From the IMG/VR virus record IMGVR_UViG_2695421015_000002: a DNA stretch of 64,000 nt; one strand, given 5' to 3'. Origin of the DNA: a virus (Duplodnaviria > Caudoviricetes). Under the pieces are notes generated by a model. That model ran no database searches, had not been told where the DNA came from, and saw only the letters and a list, made by a program, of their open reading frames with translations. This document shows, piece after piece, positions 56,896 to 64,000 of the stretch. A program made the position numbers and the translations under genes. Position 1 is the stretch's first letter. Each line of letters starts with the position of its first letter.

Positions 56896-56938
56896 GGCCC
56901 CGGTGTCAGCTTCGCGCTGGCCTGGGGCCTCTTTTTTT
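56896..56938 (+). terminator. Rho-independent terminator ending the late operon
   Basis: GGCCCCGG...CTGGGGCC followed by TCTTTTTTT. Confidence 0.8.
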
Positions 56939-56958
56939 GTGCCTTCATTTGCCCGAAA

Positions 56959-56974
56959 TTTGCACGAATGCAAA
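56959..56974. promoter_or_regulatory. TTTGCA-N4-TGCAAA box (best copy; others at 18222, 31456, 31986, 33710, 58999 and 59493)
   Basis: Seven intergenic near-copies of one pseudo-palindrome. Confidence 0.75.
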
Positions 56975-57021
56975 TTCTGTGGTAGGCGTCAACCCATAAA
57001 ATCCCTCCATCCAGAGGCTCC

Positions 57022-58995
57022 ATGACACTGTCAACCGCTGAGCGTGCCCGCAGAAAGAAGATCGTCGAGGATCTCCTGCAGATCGGGTACCACCCTCAGG
57101 GTCAACGCGGTGGCCTTGCTTCGGCCACCAAGACCGCTGAGCGCCGCGAAGGCATCAACTATCCCAACTGGGTCCGCGCTGAAGAAGCGCTGAAGCGCAA
57201 GCGCAGAGAGAACTTCGCGGTCGATTGGTCGCTCTATGTTCCGCCGGCTAAGGCCGCCACCGTGACCCGTGGGTCCGAAGAAGTTGGCGAAGAACTGTCC
57301 GCCGAAGACCACGCCCACATGCGGGCGGTATCGCTCTCGTCGGAGGTTACTGACCTCATCACCGCCTCGAAGTATCCGGTTGTGAATCCGGAAGCTATCA
57401 TCATCGACTCCTACCTTGTCCGGCGCTATGACCGCTCGGTCGGCGGTTATGTCATCAAGGAGGGCACCCCGCGGACGTGGATGACAGACACCCTGCGTGT
57501 CGCGCCGATCACCAATCCGCGGAACCGCAACTTCATCTTCACGGGTGCGCAGAACGATGCGCCGATCCATGAGGAGTTCTGGGCCAACCTCCAGGCCTAT
57601 GCAGCCTATCTCGACGCTGAGATCGTCGTGGGTCCGTGGACATATGAGACCCAATGGTGGGCTGAGAACAACCCGACCGCGCGTGCCTACGCCACGGAAC
57701 TGACGCCGTATCTGTGCTTCGGCCAGATGAAGATCGGCGACAACTTCATGTTCTGCGGTGAGATGAACACCTTGCCGACCGCGTCGCAGCCGATCTCGGA
57801 CCTCGTGACGTATAGCCGGGGCCGCTGGGCCGTGTTTCCGCACGCCAAGCGCCAGCTGAAGTCCGTTCCCTCGACCGACCCCAACATCCAGGCCCACCAG
57901 GTCATGACGTCCGGCGCTGTGACGCGCCCGAAGGTCATCCCGCGTAAGGCCGGCGTGAAATCCATCTTCCATCAGGTGGTTGGCGCCACCGTAGTCCAGT
58001 TCGACGAGGAGGGGGATGTGTTCTGTCGGCAGATCACCGCTGGCGAGGATGGGGCCTTCTACGACCTCGACGCCCATGTGGAGGACGGAGAGGTCACGAC
58101 GGGTCACCGCGTCAAGGCGATCACCTGGGCCGACATCCACGTCCGCAAACTCGATGCAGCCAACACCATGGCGTCCTTCGGCTGGGATATGCGTGGGAAC
58201 GTGGGCTACCAGCGCAACTCGGTGATCGAGGTGCTCAATCCCTACTTCTCGATCTATCACGACATCTTCGACAACGAGCCGGGCAACCATCACCACGTTG
58301 GTGACAACGCCTACAGCTATGAGATGGCCATCCGTGGCCGCGATAGCGTCGAGGGCGAGGTCATCCAGTGCGGCGACTTCCTGTTGCGCACCTGCGGCGA
58401 TGATCGTCAGGGCGTCGTTGCCGAGGGCAACCATGACCTGGCGCTGGAGAAGTATGCCCGCGAGGCCCGCTACCGAAACGACGGCATCAACGTTCGCTTC
58501 GGCCTCCAGCTGGAGGATGCGTACCTCGGTCACGTCGAGGCGCGCTCGCACGCGATCGACAATGATCTGCCGGTTCCGCGCTTCTCGCTGCTCGAACACG
58601 CGATCCGCATGAAATATCCCCAGCTCGGGGACAAGATCAGGTGGTGCCACGATGGCTACAGCTACCTGATCGACGGCATCGAGGTCGGCAACCACGGCTT
58701 CCGCGGCGCGAACGGCGCCAAGGGAACGGTCGCTGGCTTCGCCCGCATGGGTCGCAAGATGACCATCGGGGACAAGCATTCACCGGAGATCAACGAAGGA
58801 GTTTACGTGGCTGGAGCGATGAACCTGCGTCACGGGTACAACAAGGGACCGAGCGGCTGGGCTGTCTCGCACGTCGTGCAGTATGCGGACGGCAAGCGGG
58901 CCATCATCACGCTGCAGAAGGGCAAGTGGCGGCCCGAGAAACCGATCATCCGGATGCCGGCGGCGCGTGAAGCCGTGGCCCATTCGGTTGCCTAA
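57022..58995 (+). CDS. Large metallophosphoesterase-fold protein (T5 A1-like)
   Basis: FTGAQN...H..FW.NL motif; calcineurin-like ADIH, HD.FD, GNHD, NHG and GDKHS motifs. Confidence 0.7.
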   Translation: MTLSTAERARRKKIVEDLLQIGYHPQGQRGGLASATKTAERREGINYPNWVRAEEALKRKRRENFAVDWSLYVPPAKAATVTRGSEEVGEELSAEDHAHMRAVSLSSEVTDLITASKYPVVNPEAIIIDSYLVRRYDRSVGGYVIKEGTPRTWMTDTLRVAPITNPRNRNFIFTGAQNDAPIHEEFWANLQAYAAYLDAEIVVGPWTYETQWWAENNPTARAYATELTPYLCFGQMKIGDNFMFCGEMNTLPTASQPISDLVTYSRGRWAVFPHAKRQLKSVPSTDPNIQAHQVMTSGAVTRPKVIPRKAGVKSIFHQVVGATVVQFDEEGDVFCRQITAGEDGAFYDLDAHVEDGEVTTGHRVKAITWADIHVRKLDAANTMASFGWDMRGNVGYQRNSVIEVLNPYFSIYHDIFDNEPGNHHHVGDNAYSYEMAIRGRDSVEGEVIQCGDFLLRTCGDDRQGVVAEGNHDLALEKYAREARYRNDGINVRFGLQLEDAYLGHVEARSHAIDNDLPVPRFSLLEHAIRMKYPQLGDKIRWCHDGYSYLIDGIEVGNHGFRGANGAKGTVAGFARMGRKMTIGDKHSPEINEGVYVAGAMNLRHGYNKGPSGWAVSHVVQYADGKRAIITLQKGKWRPEKPIIRMPAAREAVAHSVA

Positions 58996-59027
58996 TCGTT
59001 TGCATGAATGCAAATAAGGAGGCTTGC

Positions 59028-59492
59028 ATGCTTGTCTATCTGGCCGGTCCGATCTCCGGTCTGAACTTCGAGGGCGCCACGGACTGGCGGCAGTACGCGA
59101 AGGCGGAGCTGGCGCAGTTCGGGATCAAGGCGCTCTCGCCTCTCCGAGAGCAGGAGCACCTGAAGACGGTAGGCGTCTTCACGGACTGCGCCAAGGAGAC
59201 CGAGCGCCTGAAGAGTCCCATGTCGATGCCTCGCGGCCTGACCGTGCGGGACCGCTGGGACGCGCGGCGCTGCGACGTGCTGCTCGTGAACCTGTTGGGG
59301 GCAACCAGGGTCTCGATCGGCACCGTGCTGGAGATCGCCTGGGCTGATGCAGCCGGCACACCGATCGTCGTGGCGATGGAGCCGGACGGCTCTAACCCCC
59401 ACGAGCACGCGATGATCAACCAGCTCATCGGATTCCGCGTCCCGACACTGTGGGACGCGATCGACGTCACGCGGCAGCTGCTTGCCTGCTGA
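59028..59492 (+). CDS. Nucleoside 2-deoxyribosyltransferase / N-glycosidase family protein
   Basis: VYLAGPI, RD......CD.LLVN and SIGT.LEI.WA motifs. Confidence 0.85.
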   Translation: MLVYLAGPISGLNFEGATDWRQYAKAELAQFGIKALSPLREQEHLKTVGVFTDCAKETERLKSPMSMPRGLTVRDRWDARRCDVLLVNLLGATRVSIGTVLEIAWADAAGTPIVVAMEPDGSNPHEHAMINQLIGFRVPTLWDAIDVTRQLLAC

Positions 59493-59522
59493 TTAGCTTG
59501 AATGCAAACAAAGGAGTATGAA

Positions 59523-60206
59523 GTGACTGTTGTTGGACTCGCAGGTTTCGCCCAGTCGGGCAAGACGACCGCGGCGCTGTACCTGGAGAAGAAGTACGGC
59601 ATCCGCCGCAAGCACATCGCCGAGCCGCTGCGGGCGATGCTCGCCGTGCTGCTCCAGGCGAACGGCATGTCGAGCGATATGATCACCCGCTATCTGGTGG
59701 GCGATCTCAAGGAGCAGTTGATCCCCGAGCTGGGTGTCACCTCCCGCTATGCACAGATCACGATCGGAACAGAGTGGGGCCGCAAGCTGATCGGCGAGGA
59801 TATCTGGGCCAACACCTGGGAGCGCGGTATCGCTGACGTCGAGTCCGTGATGAACGACTCCGTGCGCTTCCCGAACGAGGCTGAGGCTATCCGCCGCCGA
59901 GGTGGCATCGTCATCATGATCAAGCGCCCCGGCACCAAGCCGGCGAAGTTCAAGTGGGGGAAGATCGGGGAATTTCTGTACGACAAGTTCGGTCTGATGT
60001 GGGGCGTGCATCCGAGCGAGCGTATCGACCTGATCAGGCCGGACTTCATCATCCACAACGATGCCAGCATCGAGGAGATGTATGCAGACCTCGATCAGGC
60101 GATGCGTATCCACCTGAACAAGATGGTGGATACCAATTTCGTTGGATCGGCAAAGAGAACGAAGGCAGCCGCCCTGCTGCCGCTGGCTTATTCGCCGGGG
60201 CTCTGA
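59523..60206 (+). CDS. Deoxynucleoside monophosphate kinase
   Basis: GLAGFAQSGKTT P-loop; A.PL..M, R...Q..GTEWGR, VRFPNE and H.SE motifs. Confidence 0.9.
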   Translation: MTVVGLAGFAQSGKTTAALYLEKKYGIRRKHIAEPLRAMLAVLLQANGMSSDMITRYLVGDLKEQLIPELGVTSRYAQITIGTEWGRKLIGEDIWANTWERGIADVESVMNDSVRFPNEAEAIRRRGGIVIMIKRPGTKPAKFKWGKIGEFLYDKFGLMWGVHPSERIDLIRPDFIIHNDASIEEMYADLDQAMRIHLNKMVDTNFVGSAKRTKAAALLPLAYSPGL

Positions 60207-60311
60207 TGGCAATTACTTTGAGTCCGTGATGACAGCGGACTCAACTAGTGCCGGAGCCTGCCTCGGGCGATGGGGCAGGCGCCGACGTGATAATAAGTCT
60301 AATACAGTGCG

Positions 60312-60875
60312 TTATCTCGGCTCGGCAGTTTCTTTGACGTCTATCTTCTCCTTAATTCTGATTTTGATCAGCCCGGGAATACCACCCTCAATCTCCCACT
60401 CACCTTCGGTGGTCGTGTCGACCCGAACTGTCGTCAACGTTCCCGCATCGACGTAGCCAGCGTCAGGGCTACCGGCATCGCCGGCATGGCTGGCACCGCC
60501 GGTAGCGCCGGCACCGCCGGCATCGCCGGCACCGCCGGTAGCGCCGGCATCGCCGGCACCGCCGGTAGCGCCGGCACCGCCGGTAGCGTGGGCATCGCTC
60601 CAATCGTCCTCTGTTTCTGTTTCTGCTTCCACGCGGCTCCGCTTTACTTTTTCCTCCCTGAAGGTTCTATCCCTTGCGTCGATGTCGAACTCTAGTTTGA
60701 ATGGCCGACCGTTATCGGCTTTGGCGTCAAGCTTGTGCAGTTGGTACAGCACGGCAATGTTATTCGCACATATACGGTTGCTCAGCAGTTGGACCGCAAT
60801 TTCCCGCATCAGAAGTGACCGGATTCCCTCAAGCGACTTCACGGGAACCTGTTTTCCATCCAGATTGCTCTTCAT
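60312..60875 (-). CDS. Hypothetical protein with Gly/Ala repeats (moron-like)
   Basis: GGAGG SD; antisense to the phage arm; (GGAGAT/GDAG)n at about 60470-60590. Confidence 0.6.
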   Translation of the reverse strand: MKSNLDGKQVPVKSLEGIRSLLMREIAVQLLSNRICANNIAVLYQLHKLDAKADNGRPFKLEFDIDARDRTFREEKVKRSRVEAETETEDDWSDAHATGGAGATGGAGDAGATGGAGDAGGAGATGGASHAGDAGSPDAGYVDAGTLTTVRVDTTTEGEWEIEGGIPGLIKIRIKEKIDVKETAEPR

Positions 60876-61620
60876 GTTGGCCTCCGTCTGAAGGTAGGAG
60901 ACCGAGCATTTTACGCCGCGATGATCTCCTTCGCCACCCAGAGGAGGGCTGGATCGCTAAATTCTTGCGTGACCGTCAGTCCGACGAGATTGGACGCATC
61001 AAGGCCGTCTTAGGACTAGCCTTTCCGAGAAAATCGGGTCGGCGGTCTAGTGCTGCCGCTTGCTCTCCGCCTCAATAGGGCGGGCATCTATGCGATAAAA
61101 AGTCTGGGATGCAGTCTGCCAGTGCTCAGGAGCAAGGACGTTCCTGAGTGCCCTGGGCAGCTCCCTCTAGCGCTGCCCGAAGATTGTCGGATAGACGTTC
61201 ATCTACGAGAAGCGCATCCAGTTCGAGGATCTCGGCTTCGATGCTGTCGCAGTCTTTCTGCACTGCCGATCCTTCCCCTCGTTGAATTTGCATTCTCTGC
61301 AAAGAAAGATGTAGCTCCCTGGCGCCCAGCCATAACGCTGGGGCCGTATGTCTTCATTCCAGTTCACGTCAACCCCCACGTGCTGAAAAAGCAGTCATAG
61401 ACCTCCTGGCACCACGCATGACGAACGTATGTCTCGCAGAACCGGCGCACGAGGTAGCTGCGGACGACCGAAATGATAGTGAAGATCAGGGTGATGGCGA
61501 AGCTCTGCAGATTGATCCCTGAGCGAGCGAATCAGGCAACGATCCAATATGCTGGCGGTATGCATCGGCGACAAGCGGGCAATCATGTGCGCCGACTGCG
61601 CCTATGCGCTGCCTTAACCT

Positions 61621-61821
61621 GTGCCGATCGATCGAGCGCAGAACGCCATCGCCGTCGTGATGGTCGATAATCCCGACAAGGTGGAGCAGGCGAAGCTTCG
61701 ACCACAGCTGCTGGGATGGTTTGTCGGCCATACGATGAAGCGGCTGAACGGCGCCGCCGACCCGCAGGAGGTCTACGACAAGGTGGTCGAGGCATTTAGC
61801 GCCCACGGCCACGGGGTTTAA
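61621..61821 (+). CDS. Stand-alone GatB C-terminal (YqeY-like) domain protein
   Basis: NPDKVEQAK..P.LLGWFVG..MK...G.ADPQ.V resembles the alphaproteobacterial GatB tail. Confidence 0.7.
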   Translation: MPIDRAQNAIAVVMVDNPDKVEQAKLRPQLLGWFVGHTMKRLNGAADPQEVYDKVVEAFSAHGHGV

Positions 61822-61920
61822 GCGACAGATCTACGTGTATTATGCTGCAATGCAACCCTTCAAAGTATGCTATCGTTCGACTGCTGGTTGCCTCAACGAT
61901 TAGTACAGGAGGGGTGAATT

Positions 61921-62331
61921 ATGCGCGTATCGATTGGTTTGATGTCCATAATGCTCACTGCTTTTATACCGCAGATGGCTAACGCCCAGACACCGATCAA
62001 GTACGACCTTATGCCTAATGGGTTTGGCATCAACGGAGTTTATTACGATTGGACGTCCATCGTGCTCAATCGCAAAGAAAGCAAAGCTTACGATTGCCTC
62101 GCAAGAGAAAAGAGCAGTGGACCGCCACCACTTCTTCTCAAGTTAACATGCGCTGAGACCCACCAACTTCATGGAACCGTATTGAACGGAGATAATGTAG
62201 TAACAAGACTAACTCCAGTTGCGCAGCCCAATCCGGTGGTGCTTGGCTTTTGGCAAATCGATCAGGTCGCAGGTGATCTGATATTTTGCGCGCTTCCTAG
62301 CGGAGAATGCGGCAGTACACGCGTGCCGTGA
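61921..62331 (+). CDS. Secreted Cys-containing hypothetical protein
   Basis: Signal peptide ending ANA-Q; AGGAGG SD; AT-richer codons. Confidence 0.7.
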   Translation: MRVSIGLMSIMLTAFIPQMANAQTPIKYDLMPNGFGINGVYYDWTSIVLNRKESKAYDCLAREKSSGPPPLLLKLTCAETHQLHGTVLNGDNVVTRLTPVAQPNPVVLGFWQIDQVAGDLIFCALPSGECGSTRVP

Positions 62332-62501
62332 GTCATCGTCGGTGTTCATTGGTCGAGCGGCCTCCATTTCGATCGCCAGACCTGCCAGAAGTTAACCTCG
62401 CCACACCGGCAGCATGAATTGGCCCGAAAGTATCGGTGCTGATTTGAAAAACATGCAGGGGTTGTGATAGATCATCTTACTGCTTTTGGTGGGGTGAGCC
62501 G

Positions 62502-63011
62502 ATGAACGTGAAGCGTGGACTGTGGCGTGCTTGGATATTCGTATCCGTGCTCTGGGTCTTGGGAGCGGTGCTGCTGTCAGCATCAATGGCCCCGGCCAGT
62601 TTCGCCAAGAAATATTCTTACATTTACCAGATGAGATCGGACGTACCAGACCCGAACAAGGTTGACTGGACGAAGAATTTCTACGACCTGATGCAATCGC
62701 CGTCCCGCAACATGTTGTCATCGACATTCGACGTCGTCAGCTATTCGAACGGGTTAACCTGGGACGAGGACGTTAAAAAAGGTACCCTTATTAGCGCTGA
62801 GTTTCCGGACAATTCGAAGCTCTACTTGAGTGCCCAGATGACCAAGGACGACCAGAATTACGTTGCAAAACAGTTCTGGAATCAGCGTTGGTGGCGATAC
62901 GGCTCTGACATCATACCGTTTGCAGCATGGACAGTCGCGCCACCCATCGTGCTCTTAATACTAGGCGGCAGTTTTTTGGTTTGGGTGGCCCGCGGCTTTG
63001 CTCGTGATTAG
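62502..63011 (+). CDS. Membrane protein with N- and C-terminal TMs
   Basis: MN.KRGL.R.W...SVLW and PP..LL.LG....WV.RGF motifs. Confidence 0.75.
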   Translation: MNVKRGLWRAWIFVSVLWVLGAVLLSASMAPASFAKKYSYIYQMRSDVPDPNKVDWTKNFYDLMQSPSRNMLSSTFDVVSYSNGLTWDEDVKKGTLISAEFPDNSKLYLSAQMTKDDQNYVAKQFWNQRWWRYGSDIIPFAAWTVAPPIVLLILGGSFLVWVARGFARD

Positions 63012-63043
63012 TCTCGCTGGTTGAGGTTGCGATGTCGCGATAA

Positions 63044-64000
63044 TCAAATTGTCGAAAAATGGGGTGGCCGAGTTGCCACCGAATGGGACTGAGGAAGATC
63101 TACTATCGGTTTGTCCAGGGGCCGATGAATCACCTTCCCCTGCCGAAATTCGCCAATTCGTTTTTGGGCGATTTTCACATACTTCTTTTCCTTGTCGCAG
63201 CCGATAAACTTTCGACCTTCGATAGCGCTGGCTAAAGCCGTTGACCCCGAGCCCATAAAGGGATCCACCACTACTCCGTTTGGGGGCGTCATTGCCCGTA
63301 TACATCGTTGCACAAGCCCAACCGGAAATTGGCAAGGGTGAGCCGTTTTTTCGATGTGGGAGGACTTTACATTCGGAATATCCCAAACGTCGGATGGGTT
63401 TTTTCCGGCCGGATTCCCGCTCCACTCCCCCTTCTTTGGCCCTTTATAGTGTCGCTTACCCGGATATTTTTGCGGCACTCGAACGGCATCCAGATTGAAG
63501 AAATAATCAGCGCCCTTAGTGAACCAAAGAATGCTTTCGTGTCGGCCACTAAACCGCTTTGACGCATGAACACCGTGGCCGAAAGTCCAGACGATCCGAT
63601 TTCGAAGCTTCAATTCTTTGTCATCAGCGAATATCCCATAGACGACTGCATCAAGAGGAATCACGGTCCCGGCTTTAACATGGTTGCCGACTTGCCAACA
63701 AATACTACCGCCGCTCTTGAGGGCTCGGACGAGCAGTGGCAGCAGACGTATATGCTCGCTTTTGAATTCCTCGATGCTTGAGGATTTTTCGTATTCCTTC
63801 CCCATGAAATAGGGGGGCGAGGCAATGATGAGGTCAACAGAATCAGCCTTTAGTTCTGACAAAAATTCGAAAGCATCCCCGTGCACAAGCTCAACTGGCA
63901 GCCTGCTTTGTGCGCCCCGCGACTGAATCTTCCCGTTGGCAAGCTTCTGGATGTGGTTGGGCATAATAATTTCCATCGGTACAACACCCAGAGCTATCAT
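63044..64000 (-). CDS. Site-specific DNA methyltransferase, beta class (N4-C/N6-A); true start uncertain
   Basis: SPPY motif IV before HPCQFP and DPFMGSGST motif I. Confidence 0.93.
   Translation of the reverse strand: MIALGVVPMEIIMPNHIQKLANGKIQSRGAQSRLPVELVHGDAFEFLSELKADSVDLIIASPPYFMGKEYEKSSSIEEFKSEHIRLLPLLVRALKSGGSICWQVGNHVKAGTVIPLDAVVYGIFADDKELKLRNRIVWTFGHGVHASKRFSGRHESILWFTKGADYFFNLDAVRVPQKYPGKRHYKGPKKGEWSGNPAGKNPSDVWDIPNVKSSHIEKTAHPCQFPVGLVQRCIRAMTPPNGVVVDPFMGSGSTALASAIEGRKFIGCDKEKKYVKIAQKRIGEFRQGKVIHRPLDKPIVDLPQSHSVATRPPHFSTI

Larger units (their letters stand above)
18330..60206 (+). mobile_element. Prophage late arm (myovirus head, contractile tail, lysis and nucleotide genes); the prophage probably extends on both sides
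   Basis: Co-oriented, tightly packed run of terminase, portal, capsid, baseplate, sheath, tube, tape measure, endolysin and spanin genes. Confidence 0.95.

Noticed and set aside
42261-58779. Long antisense ORFs (e.g. 42261-43946, 46393-47967, 57031-58779)
   Set aside because: Shadow frames of high-GC3 genes on the opposite strand; no motifs.
18330-60206. Genome-wide stop-codon recoding or a tailocin/GTA
   Set aside because: Genes are full length in the standard code with TGA used as a stop, and complete head and packaging genes indicate a true phage.

Overview
This window is mostly a large temperate myovirus prophage in a GC-rich alphaproteobacterial host. The host looks Bradyrhizobium-like from its cargo genes and repeats; that is an inference. 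A + strand late arm (about 18.3-60.2 kb) encodes TerS/TerL, portal, scaffold, major capsid, a Mu/P2-type neck, baseplate, contractile tail (with a -1 frameshifted tail chaperone), tape measure and lysis cassette. It is followed by a nucleotide-metabolism trio. Extras in this arm are two atypical tRNAs, a GH10 glycanase, an SGNH esterase, thioredoxin, a ParA-like ATPase and an orphan Xre/MbcA antitoxin domain. A - strand arm of small phage hypotheticals (about 3.6-12.3 kb) is interrupted by host-type cargo: a Na/Pi cotransporter, an ABC substrate-binding protein, a frameshifted M10 metalloprotease and a LigD-like ligase cluster. The most interesting signals are (1) a family of tripartite palindromic sites at cargo borders, arranged like recombination scars of a cassette-capture system; (2) a 16-bp TTTGCA-N4-TGCAAA box in front of many phage genes; (3) a five-unit palindromic iteron-like array; (4) several long structured non-coding regions; and (5) a tRNA-Trp with a 4-bp anticodon stem. 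No integrase, repressor or att site is visible, so the prophage ends are probably outside the window. All calls come from motif reading by eye, with no database searches.
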